64,000 bases of DNA from Octopus sinensis (Eukaryota). Shown here in pieces: positions 23,196-35,269 of the stretch. Below the pieces are notes generated by a model, which worked only from the letters and a program-made list of their open reading frames with translations, was not told the DNA's origin and did no database searches. The translations under genes and the position numbers were made by a program. Position 1 is the first letter of the stretch. Each line of letters starts with the position of its first letter. Location: NCBI RefSeq assembly GCF_006345805.1, contig NC_043004.1, forward strand, positions 101,432,001-101,496,000, given 5' to 3'.

Positions 23196-24354
23196 TTTTT
23201 CAAAGCTATAATGGAAGTGACAATGGAGCATGTTTGACATATTTTGCTTTATGAGTTCAATAAAGGCAACAATGCAACGGAAAGTGGAGGAATATTAATG
23301 CAGTATATGGGGATCTGACAATAAGTGTAAGCCAGTGTCAACAGTGGTACCAGAAATTTTGAGCTGGAAGCTACAGCCTAGAAGATGAGCCTCATCCTGG
23401 AAAACCTGTAGAGCTCGATGAGAATGTCCTGCAAACTTTGGTGGAACACAATTCCATTGTAACTGCTGAGGAACTAGCAGAGAAACTTGGGTTTGGTCAT
23501 TCAACCAGTCGTTCAGGTTAGTGCTAGAAGAAAAAGGATCATCTTTGGTTTCAAGACAAAAGTTGTTCTTCCATTGGGATAATACTTGGTCACATACAAC
23601 AAGGATGACATTCCAAAGGCTAGAGTAGTGGGAAAAGGAAACGATGCCCCATCCACCATATTCACCGGACAGATTATCATTTATTCTGCAGTCTTCAAAA
23701 TCATTTGGACCGAAAAAATATGAATTCTGTAGACAAGGCGCAGGAGTGGCTGTGTGGTAAGTAGCTTGCTAACCAACCACATGGTTCGGGGTTCAGTCCC
23801 ACTGCGTGGCATCTTGGGCAAGTGTCTTCTGCTATAGTCTCGGGCCGACCAAAGCCTTGTGAGTGGATTTGGTAGACGGAAACTGAAAGAAGCCTGTCGT
23901 ATATATGTATATATATATATATATATATATGTGTGTTTGTGTGTCTGTGTTTGTCCCCCTAGCATTGCTTGACAACCGATGCTGGTGTGTTTACATTCCC
24001 GTCACTTAGCGGTTCGGCAAAAGAGACCGATAGAATAAGTACTGGGCTTACAAAGAATAAGTCCCGGAGGTCGATTTGCTCGACTAAAGGCGGTGCTCCA
24101 GCATGGCCGCAGTCAAATTACTGAAACAAGTAAAAAAAATAAAAAAAGGTCAGAATAGCACTGGAGGAGTATTTTTCATTACGGACAAGTGAATTTGGGA
24201 AGAGGGGCCTTGCAAGTCTACAAGATAGATGGAAGAGCACTGTAGAAGATGAAGGAGAGGACATTTTAGATTACAAAAGAAACTTGTTTATCTTAATTTT
24301 GTAAAATAAAAATTGTATGAAAAAACTGCATTATTTATGGGATGACCCAATATA
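23196..24354 (+). mobile_element. Internally deleted mariner transposon split by a SINE
   Basis: MEVTMEH..HILLYEF.KG.NA..., EDEPHPGKP, PHPPYSPD, DYHLFCSLQNHL; resumes at ~24148 and ends TTTATGGGATGACCCAATA-TA. Confidence 0.85.
23737..24147 (+). mobile_element. SINE family A inserted in mariner
   Basis: Full-length copy between mariner GTAGACAAG and GTCAGAAT. Confidence 0.9.
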
Positions 24355-24844
24355 TGAATCGATTGCAATATAAAATGAACTGTGTCCATGTCACAGCTTC
24401 CTTTACCAGTTGAAACTATTTCACTTGACCTGTATTGTTAATGCAAAATCAAAGAAATGGAAATATTAAAAACACCACATCTAAAACACATCAGATGTCT
24501 TTGTTATTCCTTAATCATTAACCCTTTAGCATTCACATTACTCAGACAAATGAAATGCTTATTTATTCATATTGATTTGAATTAATCATGTGTTATCTTG
24601 TAGCTTTGAGATTTTGATGAAAAAACTGTTAATTTTTAGAGTGATATTGTAGGATTGGTGAGAGTCCAGATCTGGCCAGTCTGAACATAAAACAGGTAGG
24701 ATATTTTGTCCAGATGCGGTCAGTTAACATGCTAAAGGGTTAAACTGTTTCTTTCAGTCATATTGTTTTATATCTTAATGACCCTACAGGTCATTAAGGT
24801 ATAGAACCATATTTCATTATGCAACCATAATATATGACAAAGTA

Positions 24845-25090
24845 TCATCATCATCATCATCATCATCATCATTTAGTGTCCGCTTTCCATGCTAGCATGG
24901 GTTGGATGGTTCAACTGGGGTCTGTGAAGCTGGAAGGCTTCGTCAGGCCCAGTCAGATCTGGCAGTGTTTCTACGGCTGGATGCCTTTCCTAACACCAAC
25001 CACTCCGTGAGTGTAGTGGGTGCTTTTTACGTGCCACCCGCACAGGTGCCAAACAGAGCTGGCAAACGGCCACGAATGGATGGTGCTTAA
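24845..25090 (-). mobile_element. Family D RTE-related short retroelement
   Basis: (CAT)n-TTAGTGTCCGCTTTCCATGCTAGCATGG; near-identical to 29878-30080. Confidence 0.85.
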
Positions 25091-25147
25091 AAAGTATATT
25101 AAACATTTTTATAAGCCAATACTGTGTTCTACAAAATCAGTGTTGGC

Positions 25148-25798
25148 CAGTGGCGGCTCATGTGTAGGCACTGCAGAACTGCAGAACCCCCTATTTCCAC
25201 TCGATATTACTGATATCATTTTTTCTTTAATTCTTTCTTTATAGTTGTACATTATATAATCCTTAAGCTTAACGTCAGTAGCCATCCCCTAGTTTATGAA
25301 AAAAATACAAAACTTCTTCTATGGAACTGTGCACTTCACAGTTCCAGCAATGCGGTGCTTGGCTGTTGTGTGCATGCGCACTTGTCCGAGATAGGAAGCT
25401 GCACACTAGGGAGAGGGAGCACTATGGTTCACACAGTGCCTACCCTGGTGTGCTGGTGAAAAGTAGTGCTCCTTTTTGACTCTGCGTATGTTGTGCTTAA
25501 AAAATTGTTTATATTCTTGAATGTGATAAAGTGTAGAATCAGGATTTGAAAAATAGGACAGATTTTACCCCCTTATTTTGTGATTAAGGGGAGATTTTTG
25601 AAAAACAAGGGGGAATTCACTGTGGTATTCAGTAAACAAATCAAACACACTTCCAGGCAGTGGCTAAAACACAAACGAATCAAGTCTATGTATAAATATT
25701 CTTTTTATATGTTTGTTTCCTTTTACACATTATTGAAACAATGGCTAAAAATTTCCTGAAGCAGCACCCCAACTAATCTTATCTACAAGCCGCCACTG
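25148..25798. mobile_element. Non-autonomous hAT transposon, 651 bp
   Basis: TIR CAGTGGCGGCT; perfect 8-bp TSD GTGTTGGC (25140-25147, 25799-25806). Confidence 0.9.
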
Positions 25799-26682
25799 GT
25801 GTTGGCTTTAATTTCTAAAGAAAATCTGTAGAGATGGCCTTAACATATATTTACAGACTTAAGTTTTCTTAACCAATGTAGCAGGTCTGATAAGATGAAG
25901 TTATTTTCTAGTTAAAAATTTATATATAACAAAAACAAAGATAGAATTCATAATTTATTTTTTATTTTATAATTTAAAGAATTTTCTCTTTGGTTTGCTT
26001 TGTATTCTTCTTCTTCAATTAACTCCAATTTCAAATGTTTGCTCTTTTTAGATATTTCCATGAATTCTTTCCCGATCAGTAAAACAGTTGATGCATCAAA
26101 TGGTAATAATCAGTCAAATGTAAAAAAAAAAAGTTAAAATTACTATTTTTCAGTCTATGTTAATCAAGTTAGACTTAGTTCATGAATAGTAAATAAATTC
26201 ACCAAAAGTATAGTTTGAGCAGGGATACTATTGTCTCCAGTGTTCATATTATTACTACCTTCTACATAAGCTTGGGGTCCAGACTTCTGAAGGCAGACAA
26301 TTGCATACTAGAATAGTAATTATGGTACCCACTCTGTTATCCCATTAAGCAATATACATTTCTCAATGTGCATCCATTTGCTTAGTTGCACAAGAGGCAA
26401 CCATTGTATTTCACAACCGATTACTTATTGAAAAGAGACAAATATGAAACTGTAAGGTCACATGTTCCAACGATTCGTTTGCAGATATCTAAAACTGAAG
26501 AATGACCCCCACCCAGCCATCATATATGGAGAAAGATATGGGAGAATAAAATTTTTTTTTTAATTGAAACAAATCAAACATTCAAACTTATGATCATAAG
26601 TCTTTGGTTACTCCAAACTTTTATGAACAATCACTTGAGTAATATAATTAAGACATTCATGCCCAGTTTTCTTTTTGCCAAT

Positions 26683-27717
26683 TCAAGATTCACACAGCTT
26701 CAACCTATCTGCTAGATCTTCTAGAGTCTTCATAGCTTGGCTGTAATTCTGAGATGCTCTTTCCAAAGATTCTATGATTTTATTTCGATCTTTATCATTA
26801 TGCCAAAGAGGGGAAGAGTTAGCCTTCTGTTTTGAAGAATAGGCATTTAATGTTACTGGGTGAATTCCATGTGCAAGTTTTCTTGTTCTAACTGAATCTA
26901 AAATGACACTGTTCAAAGAATGTTCTGGATTACTGAATGAAAATTCTTCTTGACCCCTATAATTCAGGTTAACTTGTGACTGCTGGTTTAACCTGGAATT
27001 TTGAGAGCATACCTTGTGAACAGGTGCTATAAAAATTCCATCAGAGTTTTTCCGTGAATCTTGCTTCAAGTAATATTTTATGAGAGAATCCAATTCTTGT
27101 GTTTTTGAATTTGATTTCTCTGAAGCTTCTGAGAGATCGTTATCGATATAATTAAATATGGGGTCTGATTTTGATTCAGGAATCTTCTCTTTTGCTGAAG
27201 ATTCTGAATCAGGAGTGCTCTTGGCAAGGGGTTCCTGTTTTGGATCCTTTCTCGGTTCTATAACTTCATCAGATTTGTCAAACGTTTTTTCTCGTGATAG
27301 ATTACTTTCTTGCTCAGGTTTATCAAAGGATGAGCTTGGATTAAGTTCAGTGTCCTCATTAGAAGGTGATTGTACTGCTACGGGGACCTCTTCTGATAAA
27401 GTTGTCTCTTCTGGTGATTGCTCATTTTTTGACATTTCATTTTCTTCTGATGTCTTTGGTTCCAACTGGGATGTCTCAGGCAGGGCTTCTTCTTTTCCTT
27501 CAGGTTTGTCTTCATCATGACTAGATTCTGTAACTGCATTCTGCTCTACACCAACATCTACATTTTCACCCTTTTTATCTGTCTTCACTCCTTCCAAATC
27601 GGGTGTATTCTCCATTGCTTCAATTGTTATTTCAGCCGATTTCAAGTATATATATATAGGCAGAGGAGTGTATTTTTTTTAGTATTTGTGTTTTTGCTTC
27701 TTCCTTTTTCTTTAAAT
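26683..27717 (-). CDS. Terminal coding exon of an unidentified host gene (E/S/K-rich region, helical C-terminus); probable 1-bp indel near 27675
   Basis: 320-codon stop-free frame 26683-27645; polypyrimidine tract + TAG acceptor at 27718-27720; removing one A from an A8 run joins DLKKKEEAKTQILKK to YTPLP...; AT-rich 3' flank. Confidence 0.65.
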
Positions 27718-27929
27718 CTAAAATTGAAAATAAAAGAAAAACGCAAGACAAATTAGAAAATTTGTGGGCAACTGAAAAAAAATTTTTATAAAAAAAAGTA
27801 TCAAAGGTCATATAAAAATTTTATAATCAAAGGAATTGTAGCAGAACAAATCATTAATATTTATTTAAGCAACTAAAGACACTTTTAAATGTTTTTCCCG
27901 AAAATACTTGTGTTCAAATTTTTTGCATA

Positions 27930-28125
27930 TGAATGAAGATTGTTGCAACAAGAGGTGCCAATCATTAATTGTAGAGGGAACATGTGGAAGAGGTAGATCC
28001 AGTAGGATATGGGACGAAGTGGTGAGAAAGGATCTACAGATGTTGGTACTCACAGAGGGGATGGCAAGGGACCAAGACTCCTGGCAATTGGCTATGCTTG
28101 AGAAAACACGCCAAGCTAAGTAAAA
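27930..28125 (+). pseudogene. RTE-clade LINE ORF2 C-terminus
   Basis: KRCQSLIVEGTCGRGRSSRIWDEVVRKDL...DQDSWQLAMLEKT pattern typical of RTE 3' ends. Confidence 0.75.
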
Positions 28126-28214
28126 GCATGGTTGTCCTTGCATATAGTCTTGTCTCTTGTATTCCTCTCCGGTTGAGCATTCCTTTCTTGCGGGCTTGTG
28201 GGTGATGGTGCCAT

Positions 28215-28385
28215 GTAAAAAGCACTTATACCAGTGCCACGTAAATGCACCAGTGCCAGTACTGTGTAAAAGCATCCAGTACACTCTGTAAAGGGGTTGG
28301 TGTTAGGAAGGGCATCCAGCCTTAGGGACCATGCCAAAACAGACATGGAGCCTGGACAGCTCTTCAGATGGCCAGCTCCTGTCCA
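28215..28385 (+). mobile_element. Family D fragment
   Basis: GGTTGGTGTTAGGAAGGGCATCCAGC core. Confidence 0.65.
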
Positions 28386-28404
28386 CTTAGTGGTCATCCC
28401 TCTT

Positions 28405-28623
28405 ATATGAATGTAATATAATTTTTCTGAATCTTCAGATTTTTCTATATGCTAGACCATTGGTTTTAAATTGATATTAATCAAATTAATATTCAATTTT
28501 TCACCCTTATTATTTTAAATTTTATATATATATGTATGTATGTATGTACATGTGCATGTATGTGTATGTATATGTATCTATATATATATATGTTTGAATA
28601 TGTGTACGTGTATTGGCATATGC

Positions 28624-28661
<38 letters not shown>

Positions 28662-29050
28662 TTAAACATAATAAATAACAATAGGGTAATAAAAAATTAT
28701 TATTACCAGTGGCCTAGCACAAAAATTTTTACCGGCATCCTCTCTGTCGCCAGGTATAATCCGCGTCTGCGCAGTGGTCTGAAAAGTTAGGATATGCAGG
28801 CAGTTAGTTTTACGTGTGGACCTGGCTGTATGTATATTTGAAATCCAAAGGTTTCCCACTGATGAAGACTGGCCTTCAGCAAATATTTTTTGGCTGGAAA
28901 TAGTTAGAAACCATGGTCTGGGAAATAATTGAGATGGTAAACGCTTTTAATTTTCATTCCTTTCGAGAATTTATCCTTAATTGGTGGTTTGAGTTTTCTA
29001 CTGCTCTTTCTAGCACAAGGCTTTCCTATTTGGAAGCCTCTTGTTGTATT
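28405..29050 (-). mobile_element. Unclassified repeat (possibly Penelope-derived), microsatellite-interrupted
   Basis: TTTTAAATTGATATTAATCAAATTAATATTCA block recurs at ~50190-50245 and ~50725-50782. Confidence 0.5.
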
Positions 29051-29877
29051 TCTATATATATGAGTGTGTCTGTGTATGATTGTATCAGAATAACTGCTAT
29101 GACTAGATATATTTTCTTCTGGAGATGCTATTGCATACACACAATAGTTTAAAATTTCCTCAACCAACGGGCATTGACTGATTGATTTGAGATCTGTATG
29201 TTTTTGTTCCTTTTTATATATATATATATATATATATGTATGTAAACGACTATGAATGCACATTTATATATATATATCTCATAATTGGATATTTTACTTC
29301 TATTATTTACTTATTTTACATTTACATTATTCATTTTAAATTTTCTTCATTTTATTTCCACTTTTACTTTAGTCACTTTTTATTTCATTATATCTTATCC
29401 TTTATTTTACCTTGTTACCCCTTATATTCTAACTGATCTGTTAATCCTTTACCCACACATAACAATAAAAAATAATAACTCCTTATTTAGTCTGCTTGCA
29501 TGAACGGAAGGGACCACATGTAATATCTTAATGTATATCTTTCTCATTTTCATACTCATAACATATAAATGAAAATTTAAAGCATAAATTTGTAATTTCC
29601 TATTGAGCAATAATGGAAATGGCTGTAAGAAGTAACGATTACCAATTTTTTAATAATAAATAATCATTATTATCTTAACTCTCCATTTTCTTTCCTTCAT
29701 TTATCACAACATGAACTTTATTCTTAACACATATCTAATGATTTAAAGAAATTTCCTTTCTCAAAATTACTAGGCATAAAACCGGTATTTCTTTGGATGC
29801 AACCATCCTGCAACCATCTTTTTATGGGGCTAACTTATCCTCTAAGCAACTTTATATATAAATATATATATATATAT

Positions 29878-30200
29878 ATCATCATCATCATTTAGCGTCC
29901 GTTCTCCATGCTAGCATGGGTTGGACAGTTCAACTGGGGTCTGTGAAGCTGGAAGGCTTCATCAGGCCCAGTCAGATCTGGCAGTGTTTCTACGGCTGGA
30001 TGCCCTTCCTAACGCCAACCACTCCGTGAGTGTAGTGGGTGCTTTTTACGTACCACCCGCACAGGTGCCAGACAGAGCTGGCAAACGGCCACGAATGGAT
30101 GGTGCTTTTACGTGTCACCGGCACGGGGCCAGGCGAGGCTGGCAACGGACACGAACGGATGGGGCTTTTACATGCCACCAACACGGGGGCCAGACAGAGC
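29878..30200 (-). mobile_element. Family D RTE-related short retroelement
   Basis: Family consensus on minus strand. Confidence 0.85.
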
Positions 30201-30223
30201 TGATAGATATATAATTTAATTTA

Positions 30224-30425
30224 ATGCAGGTAGCACGTAAAAAGCACCCACTACACTCACGGAGTGGTTGGCGTTAGGAAGGGCATCCAGCTGTAGAAAC
30301 ATTGCCAGATAAGACTGGAGCCTGGTGCAGCCTTCTGGCTTCCCAGATCCCCGGTCGAACCGTCCAACCCATGCTAGCATGGAGAACGGACGTTAAACGA
30401 TGATGATGTTGATGATGATGATATA
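30224..30425 (+). mobile_element. Family D copy, inverted relative to 29878-30200
   Basis: Ends GGACGTTAAACGATGATGATG; near-identical to 61988-62180. Confidence 0.85.
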
Positions 30426-30794
30426 TATATCATTGCTATTATGCAAAAGTGTCATGAGTCCAAAACGTTGCTTTTTTCACCATTACACAGCAAAACAGTT
30501 CTACTACACTTAGACAATTTTTGATATCTTGGCATCTGAAGCAGCTGGAGATAGGTATAGTTTGACCAAAAGAACCCGCAATTGCAAGCAAAAATGAATA
30601 CTGAGAAAATGCATTTGGCCAAATTTGGACATATGACAGTTTAACATAATAGCAATGATATATATATATATATATATAATTAGAAAAAAATCACTTTTTA
30701 TCAATTCAATAATGAAAAGTTAAATTATAACATTTAGAAAAATTACATATTATAGAAAGATTAAATATAAGATAAAGCATATAAATATATATAT

Positions 30795-31180
30795 TTTTAC
30801 TTGCTTCAGTCATTTGACTGTGGCCATGCTGGAGCACCACCTTTAGTCAAGCAAATCGACCCCAGGATTTATTCTTTGTAAGCCCAGTACTTATTCTATC
30901 TGTCTCTTTTGCTGAACCGCTAAGTGACAGGGACATAAACACAGCAGCATCGGTTGTCAAGCAATGCTAGGGGGACAAACACAGACACACAAACACGCAT
31001 ACACACACATATATACATATATACAACGGGCTTCTTTGAGTTTCTGTCCACCAAATCCACTCACAAGGCGTTGGTCGGCTCGGGGCTATAGCAGAAGACA
31101 CTTGCCCAAGGTGCCATGCAGTGGGAATGAACCTGGAACCATGTGGCTGGTAAGCAAGCTACCTACAATACAGCCACTCA
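30795..31180 (-). mobile_element. SINE family A
   Basis: Family consensus on minus strand. Confidence 0.85.
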
Positions 31181-31330
31181 TATATATATATATATGAGAG
31201 GTTTTGGTATCCAGAAGACCCAGAAGGCAGGTAAGGCTATGTAAGTACTACAGAAGAACTGCTGTTAGACTCCCGGTTCAATAATAATATGAATGAGGAG
31301 TCTAAAGCAGGTCATGTGTGAGCGTGTATA

Positions 31331-31546
31331 TGTTAAATAAGATGAGACAATAGAGCCAAGGCAGTGTGAAATTTCTAGGACATTTATATTGAACTCTACC
31401 TTTTCCTGTTATTTAACTTTCTCATATCGTCTCTGATGATGGGATATCAAAGATATCCCTGAAACAGCTGTAAGGCTACCTTTCTCTTTATAAATGTACT
31501 AGAAATTTCACACTGCTTTGGCTTCATTGTCTCATTTTATTTAACA
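31331..31546. mobile_element. Fold-back element, ~58-bp imperfect arms, hammerhead in the loop
   Basis: 31331-31388 pairs with 31489-31546. Confidence 0.8.
31429..31476 (+). ncRNA. Minimal type I hammerhead ribozyme, intact core
   Basis: GTCT-CTGATGA(31433-31439)-T-GGGATATC-AAA-GATATCCC-T-GAAA-CAGCTGTA-AGGC; 8-bp stem II, palindromic stem III ACAGCTGT, GUA site. Confidence 0.85.
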
Positions 31547-31582
31547 CACACACACACACATATATATGTATGTATGTATGTA

Positions 31583-31619
<37 letters not shown>

Positions 31620-31852
31620 ATGGATGTATAAATACAAGAGAGAAACAGGGAGGAAATGTTGTAGGGGTCTTGTCTTATTTTGAGATGCTCTGTGTGTCTT
31701 TCAATTAATTTTAAATATAACAAAGAATTTCGTAAAATAACTTAGTTATCATTAAGCTAGTGTTGGGAACATAAATTGTGACTAAAGAGCCAGAAGCAGT
31801 TTCAACTGGGTTGGCATCAAAAGGGTTAAAGATATGATGGTCACTGAGAATT

Positions 31853-32087
31853 AAGGCGGCGAGCTGGCAGAAACGTTAGCACGCCGGGCGAAATGCGCAG
31901 CCGTATTTTGTCTGCCGTTACGTTCTGAGTTCAAATTCCGCTGAGGTCGATTTTGCCTTTCATCCTTTCGGGGTCGATAAATTAAGTACCAGTTACGCAC
32001 CGGGGTCGATGTTATCAACTTAATCCGTTTGTCTGTCCTTGTTTGTCCCTTCTGTGTTTAGCCCCTTGTGGGTAGTAAAGAAATAGA
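31853..32087 (+). mobile_element. SINE family C, long-tail variant
   Basis: AAGGCGGCGAGCTGGCAGAAACGTTAGC ... GTGGGTAGTAAAGAAATAG. Confidence 0.9.
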
Positions 32088-32414
32088 TCACTGAGAATTA
32101 AAATAAAGTTACAGAATTTTTTTCTGCTTCTCTTTTTCTTGCCAAGTCTGGTGGAAGGGTCTGGTGGAATGGTCTGTACCCATAACTTATGCAGACCAGT
32201 TGGATTGATACTATTAACATTCCCCTTGAACTTTTGCAGTCAACTCCTGCAGAAAAGACATGAGCAGAGACGAACTTCCAGGGGGTCAATGTATGTTGTT
32301 CTGGGAAAGAAAAAGAAAAACTGCAAGTAGCGGTTAGTGTTGGACCTAGTGGGAAGTGGGGGGCATATACCACTTACCTTTAAATGGTCCTTTTGTGCTA
32401 CTGACTATGATGAT

Positions 32415-32640
32415 CATCCTTTCTACTATAGGTACAAGGCCTGAAATTTTGGGTGTCGGGGAAGGAGCCAGTTGATTAGATCGACCTCAATATACAACTG
32501 GTACTTAATTTATCGACCCCGAACGGATGAGAAGTAAAATCAACCTCAGCGGAATTTGAACTCAGAAAGTAGAGATGGGTGAAATACTGCTAAGCATTGC
32601 ATCCAGCGTGCTAATGATTCTGCCAGCTCACCGCCTTGGT
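32415..32640 (-). mobile_element. SINE family C with 12-bp TSD
   Basis: GACTATGATGAT at 32403-32414 and 32641-32652. Confidence 0.9.
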
Positions 32641-33242
32641 GACTATGATGATAATGACAACAACGATAATGACAAAGATGATGAGGACAGTGAGGAGACG
32701 GAGGAAGATGGGTTTTTTTTTCATACAAGCCCAAGGCACTAAAGATCATTCTTTTTCCTTGAGGACATGAATTAGGAACCTAAATATAAGTGACATTAAT
32801 AGCAACAAGGAATTGAAATCAGGTGAGACCAAGAATCAGTAATAAATTGGTATAGATGTAGCTACATGAGTGTGGAAATAGGTGGAAAAGTGAGAGGAAA
32901 CGTGAAAACTTGAGTGAGGAATAGTGAGCATGGAAACGTGTGATAGTATGACAAAAGAGACACAGGTGTGTAGACACAGGTAGGCAAACAAAAGTGTGGA
33001 AATATGAGGGTGGAAACATGAATGCGGAAACACTTACCATTAATACATGTGTCCAGTGGCACTTAATGCTCCAGTTCGCACTATCTTTCAAGCTGTTTAA
33101 ATGACTGATTGATTTCACCTGCTTAACCTGGGGTGATAGTGTTAATTCTTGATGGTGGGTGGTTGCTGCTACTGCTGCTGTGGTGGTGGTGGCGGTGGTG
33201 ATAGTGGTGGTGGTCGTCGTTGTTGATTACAATTGCATGGTT

Positions 33243-33588
33243 CTAGTTATATCTGTTGGTGTATGTTGTAGTCGTGGCTATTTGTTGGTCATTGGTGTGT
33301 GTTATTGTTGACGTTGTTGATAATGGTGGTGGTGGTGGGAGTGCTGGTGCTGGTTGTGATTGACCAGCACAATGAAGAAAAACCGCGACCGTCCCGCCTT
33401 CTTTTTCAGTCGTAGTATCTCCAGGACTACATAATTTAGTGGTACCTTTCATAATACGGTAGGACGTGAAATGAAGGAGATTTGGCTGATATTTTGAGTA
33501 AAGGCAAACGACCACGTAAAGGAGCCCTTCCTCGTTGACTCGTACCGTGTCTTTGTTGTTTATTTCTAAGATCAGTCCCGACTGAGAA
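33243..33588 (-). CDS. Candidate coding exon, unidentified (weak TNF-fold-like wording)
   Basis: TTACTCTTCTCAG acceptor then open frame SGLILEINNKDTVRVNEEGLLYVVVCLYSK...IMKGTTKLCS; unique CpG-containing sequence; donor uncertain. Confidence 0.3.
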
Positions 33589-33666
33589 GAGTAAGGATCA
33601 AAATTGATCCAGTCATGACCATCCCATCTTTGCTAAGATTTAGTATATACATACATACATACATGC

Positions 33667-33748
<82 letters not shown>

Positions 33749-34179
33749 GACTCGGCGTTATACAAAGTGTCTTTCCAAGATCTTAGGTGAAATAAGTGAT
33801 AGATGAAGAAGTCAGGCCGCTATTACGGGTGTATGTTGTAGTTGTTGTTGATGTTGCTGCTACTGTCTGTTTTGTAGCTGTTTGTAGATATATTAAGTAG
33901 ATGATGAAGATGGTGACATATACTATTTGTCGATCCACATTGTCGTTATTATTGTTTCGCAGAAGCGTGGTTTGTTGTTGTAGGGTGGGTTGTAATCGTT
34001 CGTGGGGTTCGTTGGTTGATCGTGGGGCAGTTGTTATTGTTGTTGTTGTTGTCGTCGGTGTTTGACTCCCGCATCAAACTTAATGGAACAGATCTAATAA
34101 TCTAGTGGTATCTCAGACGTGATCGCCCGTCTTTTAAGGAATACTACTAAAGCTGCATTATCCGATATTTCCTTTCCTT

Positions 34180-34495
34180 AAGATAAGCGACGCACGATTT
34201 GCGCAAAGTCTAGATACTTATTGTATGTAGCAAATCTAGCCAACAAGTTAGAAAAGCTCTCTCACTGGCTGTTTATTTGTTAGTGTTTGTGGCGATTGTG
34301 GCTGTATTATATATAAAATTACTGAGGGTGGAGACGGCAGAAAAAAAAATACAAAGGAATTAATGTTTGACCAGTTCACATGTCAGTTGAAACCGTTTAG
34401 TAGCCATGGTGACAGGGAGACAACTCTGAACACGTGCTTGAGATCAATGCGTTGCCCTTGGAAATATTGATAAACACTTAACTATCTTGTAAGTT
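34180..34495. promoter_or_regulatory. Candidate promoter with RFX X-box-like site
   Basis: Unique CpG-retaining sequence; GTAGCCATGGTGAC at 34400-34413; plus-strand donor GTAAGT at 34489. Confidence 0.3.
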
Positions 34496-34745
34496 GGACT
34501 TAATAATAACAAACACGGAGGTATCGATTTTACTATCCATCAGTCAGATATAATGTGTACCAGTCATACACTGATGTTCGATCCAATGCAATAACACCTA
34601 CACACATACAAAATTGACGTTTCAATTTCGTACAGACATGCACATATGGTGGTGATTTGATAGGATCGATAAGAGTCGACAATATTCGTCTTGTGTTGGC
34701 AGTATTCGTTCTGAGTTCAAATCCTACATTACTCTTCTTTTTCTT

Positions 34746-34834
<89 letters not shown>

Positions 34835-35269
34835 CTTTCCCTCTCGATATATGTATCACACACACACTCTCTTTCTTCCCCTCTGGGAGATATCAGCTAT
34901 TCTAATGCCAGTAGCAAAAATATTGGCGTAGGACGAAGAAGAAATTTGCCCAAGACAACGCTTTTATGGGGGGGGGGCAATAATATTAGGTGTCTGCTGT
35001 ATAGGCTGTGGGGTTCTAAGGGCTGCTTAGGATGACATACTTTCTAGCTACCAGACTGAGTAAGAACTGGATAGCGATGGACTCTGCCAGCCTTAATTAC
35101 ATTGTATATGTTGTAATGACACTCTTACAATCCCAGCAGAATTTAAGGAACCACAAAACTTATATAAAATGTCTTAAATAGGCACAGGGCCAGAGACTTG
35201 ATGGAGAAGGAGAAGTTGATTGCATAAAATACCAGTATTTGACTGATATTTTATTTTAACGATTCTTGA

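Noticed and set aside
27158-27520. Plus-strand 120-aa ORF
   Set aside because: Antisense shadow of the E/S-rich minus-strand exon.
28855-28925. CTGATGA motifs at ~28859, ~55417 and CTGAAGA at ~37277 as hammerheads
   Set aside because: No convincing stem II closing onto GAAA and no stem I or III.
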